Source: an uncultured Gemmatimonadales bacterium (GTDB taxonomy: Bacteria > Gemmatimonadota > Gemmatimonadetes > Longimicrobiales > RSA9). Taken from it: a DNA stretch of 64,000 bases. The notes beneath the pieces were generated by a model. The model made no database searches. It had not been told where the DNA came from and was given only the letters and a program-made list of their open reading frames with translations. Of this stretch, positions 43,032 through 53,800 are shown in pieces. Location: assembly GCA_963798085.1 (NCBI GenBank), contig CAWCRS010000005.1:32001-96000 (forward strand), read 5' to 3'. Numbering within the stretch: the first letter of the stretch is position 1; each line of letters starts with the position of its first letter. A program made the position numbers and the translations under genes.

Positions 43032-44392
43032 CTAACGAGGCTCTACCACAAAGGTGGCGACGCTGGAACCGCCACCTGCAGTAACATTGACCAGCGATTC
43101 CGTCGAGAGCCGGCTCAGACAACCATCCATGTAGGCGCCGTAATAGATGAACGGCGCAGTGTCCAGGATGCGCTCGGGAAACTGGACGCGGCCATCGACC
43201 AGAACGGGAAAGGCCTCGAGCGGAATGTGCACGCGTTCCTGCACCACGTGGGGCGAGGTCAGGGCCACGCGCAGGGCCGCTTCCCAGGCGGCATGCGTCC
43301 GTCTCCCAGCCCAGCACGATGCCCTTGCCGCCATACTCGTCGTTAGGCTTGAGCACCAGCTTCTCGCGCTGCTGCGCGATGAAGGGCAGCAGGTCCACTT
43401 CCCGGCCCTGGTACTGCGTGACGCGCTCGGCCACGCTGCGCGTCCAGGGGATGTGCGCCTCGATGCCGGCGCGCTCTCCGGGCGTGAACAGCGCCGCGTT
43501 GCGCTCGTCGCTGAGCACGGCCAGGCTGGCCTTCTTGTGCAGCACCTTGCAGCGGAACGGATTGACCATGCAGACGGCGCGCTCGCGCACGGCGCGCACC
43601 ACCGGGTGATCCATGCCGCCGCGATCGATCAGTTCGCTGATCAGCACGCGCTTGTAGATCAGGTCGACGGGCGATGTCGGCCGCGTATCAGCCGTCCCCT
43701 GCCGGTACTCCGACTTCGCGCGGGTCGGCAATGACGCAGTCCAGGCCTTGCGAGCGCAGGTACTCGGCGGTGATCACGAACTCGCTGTAGGTCGGCACGT
43801 CGTGCCAGTCGAGGATGGCGATGCGCGGCGCCGCGCGCCGCCCGGACCACTGGTGCCAGGCATCCAGCAGCGCGTGCATGACGTTCTGCCGCGACGGCTG
43901 GGGCCGCACCTCGTAGCGGCGCAGGAACTCGCCCATCACGGGAAGCCCGAGAAACACCTCCGCGAGCACGTCGTTGTACGCAGGCGGCCGCCGGCGTCTC
44001 CGCATTGTACTCGGTGAAGCGCAGGCCACCGCGGTCGGGCACGAAGAACGCATCCAGCCGCGACACCGGACTGGGGTCGCGGAAGCCGGGGTCGGTCGCG
44101 CGAGCAGTTCGATCTCCCAGTCGTCGAGGCCGAACTGCGCCAGCACACTCTCATCCTCGATGGCCGCTTCGTAGGCTTTGCGGAACGCGCCCATGAGCAC
44201 GCTGCAGCGGCTCTGCAGGAAGGCATACTGGGCCGCGGTCAGGAAGCGCGGCCGCAGCACGCTGCAGAGGGGGCGGTTGCCGAAGAAGAGGCCGCGGTAC
44301 GCGAGCTGCGAATCCAGCCTCGCCTGTGTTTCTTCCGCCAGCTCGTCGGTCAGCAGGGCGTGCCAGTGCTCGATGGCGGCCTGGAGCGCCAT
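43032..44392 (-). CDS. Circularly permuted ATP-grasp (type 2 / GSP-synthase-like) ligase; several frameshifts
   Basis: [54 protein letters not shown]. Confidence 0.82.
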
Positions 44393-45333
44393 CAGCTGCG
44401 CGTCCGCGTGGCCGTGAACAGCGTGGACCAGTCCAGGCGGTCACGCTGCGGCCTGGCCGCCTTCGCCAGGCGGATCGCCATGTCCGCCATGTGCTCGACC
44501 GCCCAGTCGAAGTAATGCGATGTCAGGGAATACACGTCCATGTCGGGTGCGGGGTTCATGAAATCGATGGCGTAGGGAATGCCGTCACGAATGGCCCACT
44601 CGATCGAGTTCATGTCGTAGCCCAGTGCGCGCACCAGCTTGAGCGAGTCCGCCACCACGCGCGCGCCCGTTTCCGGCGTCAGGTACTCGTGGTCCATGAT
44701 GTACTTGCGTTCGCGCGGATCGTAGTGGATGGGCATGATCTCTTCCTGGCCCAGACAGATGCAGCGTACGAACTGATCCCACTCGATGTACTCCTGCACC
44801 ACCATGGTGCGCAGGCCGGAGCGGTCGTAGTTGTCGATCAGCTCACCCATGGTGCGGCAGATGAAGACGTCCTTCCAGCCGCCGCCGTGCGCATCCTTCA
44901 GCACGCAGGGCATGCCGACGTAGTCCACGATGGCGTGCCAGTCGAGCGGATACACAAGGTTGCGCAGGCTCTCCGTGTGCACGATGCCGGGCACGTAGTC
45001 CTTGTTGGGCAGTGCCACCGTGCGCGGGTGCGCCACACCCAGCTTCCGCGCCAGACTGGCGCCGAAGAACTTGTCGTCCGCCGACCACATGAACGGATTG
45101 TTCACCACGGTGACGCCCTGCACCACCGCGTGCTTCAGGTAGCTGCGGTAGTACGGGACTTCATGCGAGATGCGATCGATGATGACGGACCACGGCACCG
45201 GCTCATCCATGGCGGTGCCGCCCAGCTTGACGTACTCGACCACCACGCCCGCATCACGCCGATGCACTTCTTCGATGAAGGCCGGCGGGAACGACCACTC
45301 GCGGCCGACGAAGAGTCCCACCTTCAAGGCCAT
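44392..45333 (-). CDS. RimK-like ATP-grasp protein
   Basis: DRISHE, NNPFMWSADDKF, LKDAHGGGWKDV, QEYI, AIDFMNPAPD. Confidence 0.9.
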   Translation of the reverse strand: MALKVGLFVGREWSFPPAFIEEVHRRDAGVVVEYVKLGGTAMDEPVPWSVIIDRISHEVPYYRSYLKHAVVQGVTVVNNPFMWSADDKFFGASLARKLGVAHPRTVALPNKDYVPGIVHTESLRNLVYPLDWHAIVDYVGMPCVLKDAHGGGWKDVFICRTMGELIDNYDRSGLRTMVVQEYIEWDQFVRCICLGQEEIMPIHYDPRERKYIMDHEYLTPETGARVVADSLKLVRALGYDMNSIEWAIRDGIPYAIDFMNPAPDMDVYSLTSHYFDWAVEHMADMAIRLAKAARPQRDRLDWSTLFTATRTRS

Positions 45334-45347
45334 GGTTTGTCCCCCGT

Positions 45348-46067
45348 TCAATCGTGTCCTCCGATGTAGAGCGGCAGCATCTGCCGCCACCACGGCCAGT
45401 CGTGCGCCCAGCCGTCCCAGAGTCGGAAGGCGTGCCACACTCCTTTTTCCCACAGCACGCGCGAGATGTGTTCGTTGTCCGCGCGGTTGGGATCGTCACG
45501 CCCGATCGCGATGATGATGTCCGTGGCGCGCAGTGCCGCCAGCCGCGCCGGGTCCTGCAGGTGCATCAGGTAGTGCGAAGGATCGTGCGCATACACTCGC
45601 TCGTCCTCGTAACCGCCTGTCAGGCGCTTGATGTCGTAGAGCCCGGCCATGGCCAGCACGCGGTCTACCATGCCCGGATGCCGCAACGCCAGGTTGAGCG
45701 CATGGTAGGCGCCGAAGCTCGTGCCGGTGGTGATCAGGAACGGATCCTGGTTGCGCTGCTGCGTGAACGGAATCACCTCGTGCACAATGTACCGTTCGTA
45801 CTCGTCGTGCCGCAGCGCCGCATCCGAGGGATGCTTGTCGCGCGCGTACCAGCTCTCTGCATCCACGCTGTCCACGCAGTAGAACTGCAGCCAGCCACGC
45901 TCGATGGGTTCCGCAATGGTCTGCAGCATGCCGCGGTCTTCCCACTCGAAGAAGCGACCCAGCGACGTGGGAAAGACCAGGACCTTCCCCCCGCCGTGCC
46001 CGAAGACGAGCAGCTCCATGTCCCGCCGCAATGAGGGGCTGTACCAGCGCTGATATTCGCGCTTCAT
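45348..46067 (-). CDS. Alpha/beta-hydrolase, esterase family
   Basis: VFGHGG, VFPTS, GTSFG nucleophile elbow, HDWPWW. Confidence 0.9.
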   Translation of the reverse strand: MKREYQRWYSPSLRRDMELLVFGHGGGKVLVFPTSLGRFFEWEDRGMLQTIAEPIERGWLQFYCVDSVDAESWYARDKHPSDAALRHDEYERYIVHEVIPFTQQRNQDPFLITTGTSFGAYHALNLALRHPGMVDRVLAMAGLYDIKRLTGGYEDERVYAHDPSHYLMHLQDPARLAALRATDIIIAIGRDDPNRADNEHISRVLWEKGVWHAFRLWDGWAHDWPWWRQMLPLYIGGHD

Positions 46068-46324
46068 ATGCCTTCGCAGAGCGGCCGCCGCGCGGCGCCG
46101 TGAACAGTCCGTTTGGGTGACGGCCCGGCAGCACAGCGGCCACCAGCGCACGCGCGACGCCCCGTCGCGTCGCCCCACTCCGGGTAACACCGTGCGCCGC
46201 ATCCCGCAACGGTCCCGCACGATCGGATGGCGAGAGCGCCGGGCGCGTCCTAGCTTGCACCCGATCGTCCGTGTCCGTGCATCCGGGCCCGCGATACGGA
46301 GCCGTTGCACACTGGAGATCGACC

Positions 46325-48743
46325 ATGCAGGCCTACGAGAAGCTGGGCGCTTTCTACCTCGGCCGCCGCTACGAACCGGCGCGCGGTGTGACCGACGAGG
46401 TCATCCTCTATGATGCGCGCGACCTGACGACACACGCGGTGTGCGTCGGCATGACCGGCTCCGGCAAGACCGGCCTCTGCCTGTCGCTGCTCGAGGAGGC
46501 CGCAGTGGACGGCATCCCCGCCATCGCCATCGATCCCAAGGGCGACATCGGCAACCTGCTGTTCACGTTCCCCGACCTGCGCCCTGCGGACTTCGAGCCG
46601 TGGGTCAACGCGGATGACGCGGCACGCAAAGGCATGAGCACGGCGGAGTATGCGCGCACTGTCGCAGAGAGCTGGCGCCAGGGCCTGGCGCAATGGGACC
46701 AGGACGGCGAGCGCATCCGCCGCATGCGCGCCACCACGGACTTCGCCATCTACACACCCGGCAGCCTGGCCGGCCGGCCGCTGGCGCTGCTCCGCACGCT
46801 GGAGGCGCCGCCACGCGCGCTCGCCAATGATCCCGATGCGCTGCGCGAGCGCGTACTCGCTACGACCGCGGGACTCCTGACGCTCGTCGGTATCGAGCCC
46901 GATCCCGTGCGCAGTCGCGAGCATATCCTGCTCTCACTGTTGCTGGACACGGCGTGGCGCGCTGGTCGCACACTGGAGATGGCGGACCTGATCCGCACGA
47001 TCCAGAAGCCGCCCTTCGAGCGGGTGGGCGTGCTCGATCTGGAATCGTTCTTTCCCGCCGGCGACCGCTTCGCCCTCGCCATGACGTTCAACAACCTGCT
47101 CGCATCGCCCGGCTTCGCCGCGTGGCTGGAAGGCGAGCCCCTCGAGGTGCAGAGCCTCCTCTGGACCGCGCAGGGACGGCCGCGCATCGCGATCCTCAGC
47201 ATCGCACACCTCTCCGACGCCGAGCGCATGTTCTTCGTCACAATGCTGCTGGAGGCGGTCATTGCCTGGATGCGGGCGCAGCCGGGCTCCACCAGCCTGC
47301 GCGCCATCCTGTACATGGACGAGGTCTTCGGCTTCTTTCCGCCCGTCGCGAATCCGCCGTCCAAGCAGCCCATGCTGACACTGCTCAAGCAGGCACGAGC
47401 CTACGGGCTGGGCGTGGTACTGGCTACACAGAATCCCGTGGACCTCGATTACAAGGGACTTGCTAACGCGGGCACATGGTTCCTGGGACGGCTCCAGACC
47501 GAGCGCGACAAGCTGCGCGTTCTGGAGGGTCTGGAGAGTGCTGCCGCCAGCGGCTTCGATCGCGCGGCCGCGGACGCCGCGCTTTCTTCCCTGCCCAGCC
47601 GCGTCTTCCTGCTGCACGACGTACACGCTGATGCGCCGGTCCTGCTGCAGACGCGCTGGGCCATGTCCTGGCTGCGCGGCCCGCTCACCCGTGACGAGAT
47701 CCGCCGCGTCGTCGCACAGAGTGCCAATGCCGCGGCGCCGCCGGCTAACGCAACATTTGCGGGACCCGCGCCCGCCTCCGGCGGGCTGCAGGCGGCGGCA
47801 CCGGCAGCGCCGCCGGCCGGGGCCCGGGCGCAATCCACCGCTGCCGGGCGTCCGCTGCTGCCCGCCGACATCAGCCAGCGTTTCCTGCACGGCGGCGGGC
47901 GTGGAAGCGCGTACGAGCCGGCGCTGTTCGGGCGTGTGCGCGCGCACTACGTCGAATGCGCGGCGGGGCATCAATGCCTGGCGCGACCTCGCCTTCCTGG
48001 CGCCGCTCGGCGCTGCCGACGCAGCGGATGTGTGGTCCGGGGCGACGCGTCTCGACAGCGAACCAGCGCTCGACGACGAGGCCTCGCCCGGACTCGCTTT
48101 CACCGAGCTGCCCGGCGCGGCGGCGCGCGCCAGCAGTTACCGCGCCTGGCAGAAGGCGCTTCTGGATTACGCGTATCGCGCCGAATCACTCACACTGTAT
48201 CAGGCGACGACACTCGGTCTGTGCTCCGGTGAAACGGAGACGGAAGGGCAGTTCCGCGTGCGACTCGCGCAGCACGCCCGCGAACAGCGTGACCAGGCCA
48301 TGGACCGGCTGCGCCAGAAGTTCGCGCCACGCGTGCAGCAGATCGTGCAGCGCCTGCGCGCGGCGCAGGAGCGGGTCGAGAGAGAGCGCGCGCAGTACGA
48401 GCAGCAGAAGTACCAGACCGCCATCTCGTTCGGCGCTACCGTGCTGGGCGCCGTGTTCGGTCGCAAGCTGGGCAGCATGGCGAACATCGGGCGCGCCACT
48501 ACTGCGGCGCGCGGCGCGAGCCGCATCGGTCGCGAGCGCGCCGACGTGAGCCGCGCGCAGGACAGCGTCGAGACGCTGCAGGCGCAGCAATCCGATCTGG
48601 AGAGTCAGCTCGAGTCGGAGCTGGCGCAGCTGCAGACGCAGTTCGACCCCGCGGGCCTTGCAGTCGAACCGCTCGAGATCCGGGCACGGAAGGCAGATCT
48701 GCGTGCCGATCCGCCGTTGCTGGTCTGGGTGGCTCGCCCGTGA
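46325..48743 (+). CDS. HerA/FtsK-like P-loop ATPase (DUF87/DUF853-like) with coiled-coil C-terminus; frameshift near 47955
   Basis: [41 protein letters not shown]. Confidence 0.85.
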
Positions 48744-48827
48744 CGCAGGTTTCAGGGCGCGCACCGTGCGCGCGTGCGAGCAGCGGGTCTTGTCGAGGAA
48801 GCGGTGCGCGCCGCGCGTGCGCGCGAC

Positions 48828-50733
48828 TCACTGGTGCAGCGTGTACTGGCGGCGAACGACCTGTCCGCCCTGCACGAGCACCGTGTCGGTCTGCGTGGCA
48901 TAGCCCTGGCGGCTCACCACGACAATGTGCGGTCCGGCGCGCAGTGTTTCGAAACGCACGGGCGACTCGCGCGCGGGTGCGCCGTCCACGCTGATCTGGG
49001 CCCACGTGCCCGTGACCGTTGCGACCAGGCTGCCGTAGACCGGGTAGTCCATGCGCGCCACACGATACGTCCGTCCGGCGGCGGGCATGCGCTGCACGGA
49101 GTCCCAGTCCAGCTGGCCGGGCGCGCGGAACAGGATGCGGTGGACGCCGCTGGGCAGAGGCATCTCGAAGTCCGTCGTGCCCAGCTTTACGGGGCTGGCG
49201 CCATCGAACAGGAAGACATCGGCGGGCACATTCGCCTCGAAGCGCGCCAGCACGGAATCCGGATCCAGGGTTGCCGAGAATGCGGGACCCCTTGAAGGAC
49301 ACGCGTTGCGGGATATACCCGGGGTGCGACAGCTCGATCAGCACGGAGTCACCGGATGCGACGGACAGCTCGGCTTCATCGCTCCACGTGCGGCCGCCCG
49401 GCCCGAGTGCCCGAATCGTGCTGCCCGCGGGCAGCACGCGCACGAAGGCCGTGAACAGCGGGCGCACCGACTTCCCGCCGGACGTGTCCACTCCACCTCC
49501 TGACGCCGTGTTAGACACGAGCCGGGCGCTGTCGGGCGTCGCGGCACCGGCGGGCGCGCCGCCGCCCGTGGAATCCGGCCTGGCCAGGGAATCGCGCTGC
49601 GCGACGGTCGCGGCCGCGGCCGGGTTGTGCGTTCCCGAGCGCCGCGAGATCAGCACGGCGCCCACGCCGATCACCAGCAGGATGGCGCCGCCAATGAGCA
49701 GGCCCGGACCCAGCCGCTCGAGCAACTGGCGGGCACCGCCACCACGCGGCTGCACGCGCAGATCCAGCGACTCGGTGCCATCCAGCATGGGCGCGCGCTC
49801 CGCCAGATCCGGCGGCAACAGCAGCTGCGGCCCCGGCGGGCGCGCATTGCGGCCCAGCGCCGTGAGCGCGCGCGCATCCGCCGGCAGTGCCTCTTCGCTC
49901 AATGTCTGGCGCTCGGGCCCCATGACGTGCGTCGCGAAACCGCCGTCCAGATCGCCACCCGGTGAACTCCGCCCCGTGGCCATGTCCATCGCCAGCAGCA
50001 GCGCATCCCGGAACGCGGCCGCCGACTCGAAGCCACGCGCATCACGCAGGGCGCGCGTCAGCACCGGCGCCAGGAAACCGAACTGTGCGCGCGCGTGCAC
50101 CGAATCCGCCAGCGGATCGCGGCGGGTCAGATTCTCAATGGCGTCTTCCGGCAATGGCGGTGTCAGCAGCTCGCAGGCGAGACGCGCGAGCCCGCGCACA
50201 TCCTCCGCAGGGTCCGTCACCTCGACCTCATCGAGCAGCTGCGACTTGGGGATTCCCAGGTCCAGCAGCTTCACGCGGCCGTCCGGCCGCACGCGGATGT
50301 TGGCGCTGCTGATGTTGCCGTGCACCAGGCCCGCCGCGTGCGCGGCGGCCAGTGCATCCGCCAGCCTGGCCAGCAGCCTGGCCGTGTCCAGCACCGTCCA
50401 GCGCTGGCCGGCGCGCTTCAGCGCATCGACCGTCTCGCCGTCGACCAGCTCCATGACGACAATGTCGGTCTCGGCCAGCGAGCGGAATTCGTAGATGGTG
50501 ACGAGATTCGGATGACTGAGGTGCGCAACAATGCGCGCGCGATCGCGAATGCGCGAGCGCAGCTGCGACAGCTCGGCGCCCTCGCGCAGCACGCCCGCGC
50601 GCACCACGCGCAGCACCACGGCCCTCTCGAGCTGCTCATCCACGGCGCGGAAGAAATAGCCCAGCGAGTCCCGCCGGAGCTCCTCCTCCACGCGATAGTG
50701 GGAGATTCGCAGAATCCTGCTCCCCCCGGACAT
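48828..50733 (-). CDS. Membrane Ser/Thr-kinase-fold protein (predicted pseudokinase) with PEGA-like domains; frameshift near 49270
   Basis: HPNLVTIYE, VMELVDG, VHGNISSAN, VKLLDLG; one TM; C-terminal ISVDG..SP..GPHIVVVSRQGY. Confidence 0.8.
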
Positions 50734-50887
50734 CGTCTTCGGAAACGGTGAATTACGATCGGGCCGCGGCTCCAGCCGCACCCGCGGACCGGCGTTTCAT
50801 GCGGGCGCCGGTCCCCACTGCGGAGACTGGTACCGCTGAAACCAGCATCGGGTGCCGCTCCGGTGAAGCAGCGCCAGACGCCGGTGC

Positions 50888-53800
50888 CTAATTGACCTTC
50901 GTCGTCGCAGTCTGCGTATTGTTCGTCAGATCGGGGTCCGGGCTCGCCGCCCCGACCACTGCCGTCGCGATAACGTCCACGGCGCTGGTCGTGGCGACGA
51001 ACTTCACTGTACGCACTTCCGACGCACCGCCCGCGATGGCCAGGAACGACCAGCTCACGGAACCCGCTGCTTCCGTGCCGCCGCCGCTGGAGCCGGGCAC
51101 AATGGCTGCACTCGTCACCGTGTTCGTCAGCGTAATCACAGCCGACGGGTTTCCGCTGTTGTTGGTCACGGTGATCGTGTAGGTGATGGTGTCCCCGACA
51201 TTCACGGTCGTCTGCGAAGGCGCGATGTCCACGGACAGATCGGCCGCGAGCGGGTTGACATGCGTGGTGAACGAGCCGGTCGCGCCGTTGGGGTCCGTCG
51301 ACGAGGACGAGACGACGGCGGCCGTGTTCACGACGTCGCCAATCAGCGGCGCAATCACGCGCACCGTGAACACCGTGTCGTGCCCCGCGTCCAGCCTCGC
51401 GATACTCCATTCCGGCGCGGCCGGCGTGCCGCCGCTGGCGGCCGGCGAAACATCCACGAACGTGGCGTTAGTGGGCAGCGTGTTGCGCAGCGTGACACCG
51501 ACGGCGCCGCTGGGGCCCTGATTGCTCAAGGTCACAATGAAGTTGATGATGTCGCCGGGCGCCGCGTTGACCGGACCGGTCACGCTCACTACCAGGTCTG
51601 CGGCGGCAATGGGGAGAATCAGCGTTGTGCTGTTGTTTGCGGGCACGGGATCCCCCACGGCTGACGCCACTGACGCCGTGTTAGACACCGACCCCGCCGC
51701 CGGTCCGGTGATGGTCACATCCAGCTGCACGGAACCACCGCTGGCAATGCTGGCAATTGGATTGAAGGTCAGCACATTGCCCGACGGCGTGACCCCGCCT
51801 GTGGCGCTCACGAAGGCCACCATGTTGGAAGGCAGATTGTCCGTCACCTGCACCGCCGTGGCGTCGCTCGGCCCCAGGTTGTTCACGGTGATCGTGTAGG
51901 TGATGTTGTCCTGCGCGTTAATGGTCGCGGGCTGCGCCGTCATGCTCAGCTGGAGATCCGCGGCCGGATTCACGGTAGTGGAAAGGACCGCCTGGTTGTC
52001 GGACAGGTCCGGATCGAACGTCGTCGAACTGACCGTGGCCGTGAGGTCGACAGCTCCCGCCGCGGCGGGGCCCGACCACTGCACAATGAAGGTCGTCGAA
52101 TCGCTGGGCGCGAGGGTGCCGGCTACGTTCCAGGTGAGCGTATTGCCGGCGACGTTCGTCGGCGACGGCGCGAAGCCGGTCACCGTGACCCCGGCCGGCA
52201 GCGTGGCCGTCACCGTACGTGCGGACACGGCGCTCGGGCCCGCGTTGAACACGACGATCGTGTCCGTGACCGTGGAGCCGGCCAGGCCGCTGGCCGGTCC
52301 CCGCGCCGATACACGCAGGTTCGCCACCGTCACGCTGGTGACCACCTGGGATGTATCGTTCGCCGACACCGGATCCTTCGTGGAAGTGGATACGGACGCC
52401 ACGTTCGTCATCAACCCGGCGGTAGTGCCCACCGTGACGCGAACGGTATCCACGCGGACCTGGCCCGCAGCCAGGCTGACGGCCGGCCACGTGACCACAC
52501 CACTGCTGGCGACGCCACCATTCGTTGCGCTGACGAACGTCACATTGCCGGGCAGTGCATCGGTCAGCTGCACGGCGCCTGCCGTGCTGGGGCCGGCATT
52601 GCTCGTGGTCAGCACATAGGCGATCACAGCGCCCGGATTGGCCTGTGCCGGACCGCTCTTGCTGACACCCACGTTAGCAACAGGCACAACGGTGGTGGTC
52701 GACACGCTGCGATTGTTGGCGGCATTGGGATCGTTCGTGGCCGCGCTGATGCGGGCGACGTTGCTGATCGAGCCGCCGGCCGCGGGCGCCAGCGCCTTGA
52801 CCGTGAACGAGGCCGATCCGCCGTTGGCCAGTGGCGCCGGTCCCCAGAGCAGCTCGCGTCCTGACAGCGCGGGCGCGCCGGTCGCGTTCAGGAAAGTCGC
52901 GCCAGCGGGCAATGTGTCACGCAGCACGGCGTTCACGGCCGCGCTCGGACCGTGATTCAGCACGTCAATGGTCCAGGTGATCGTGTCGCCGGCATTGACC
53001 GACGCCGGCCCGTTCTTGGTCACTTCGAGATCCGCCTGCGCGACCAGCGTGCTGGCGGAGCTGACGTTGTTGGTCGCATCGGGATCGGATGTGCCCGCCG
53101 CCACCGCTGCCACATTCGTGAGTGTGCCCGCTGTCGTCGCGGTCACCTGAACCGTGAAGTTGATGGTGGCACCACTGTTCAGGCTGGCCAGCGTGGGCCA
53201 CGTGATGACCCGGCCGACGGGGGTGGGCCCGCCTGCACTCACGAAGGTGAAGTTGCTGGCCGGCAGCGTGTCGCTGACCACGACGTTCACAGCGCGGCCC
53301 GGTCCCTTGTTCTGCACCTGGATGGACCAGGAGAATGTTGTCGCCGGGCGCTGCAGTCGCGGGACCCGTCTTGGTGACGGCCAGGTCCGCGCTGTTCACG
53401 GACGTGCTGACTGCGGCGACATTGTTCGCCGTGCTCGCTTCAGCGGTCGTGGAACTGGCCAGCGCGACGTTCCTGACAGTTCCGTTAGCGGGCAATGTCA
53501 CGGTGACGCTGTAGCTGAGGGAATCGCCGGCCGCGAGTGTGCCCACGGTCGGCCAGGTCAGCACGGTGCCCGAGAGGCTGGCCGAAGGGGATGCGCTCAC
53601 GAACGCGGCGTTGGCCGGCAGTGAGTCGCGCACGGACACAGCAGCCGCGGCGCTGGGCCCGAGATTGCGCACGCGGATCGTGTACACAATCGGATCGCCG
53701 GCATTCACCGCGCCCGCGGATGCGGTCTTGCTCACCAGCAGATCGGCCAGCGCATTCACACCCACCGTGACGGCCGAGCGGTTGTCGGCAGGATTGGCAT

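Noticed and set aside
43032..44392. Circularly permuted ATP-grasp as three or four separate small genes
   Set aside because: The fragments join into one continuous protein with coupled start and stop junctions to its neighbours; the indels are likely errors.
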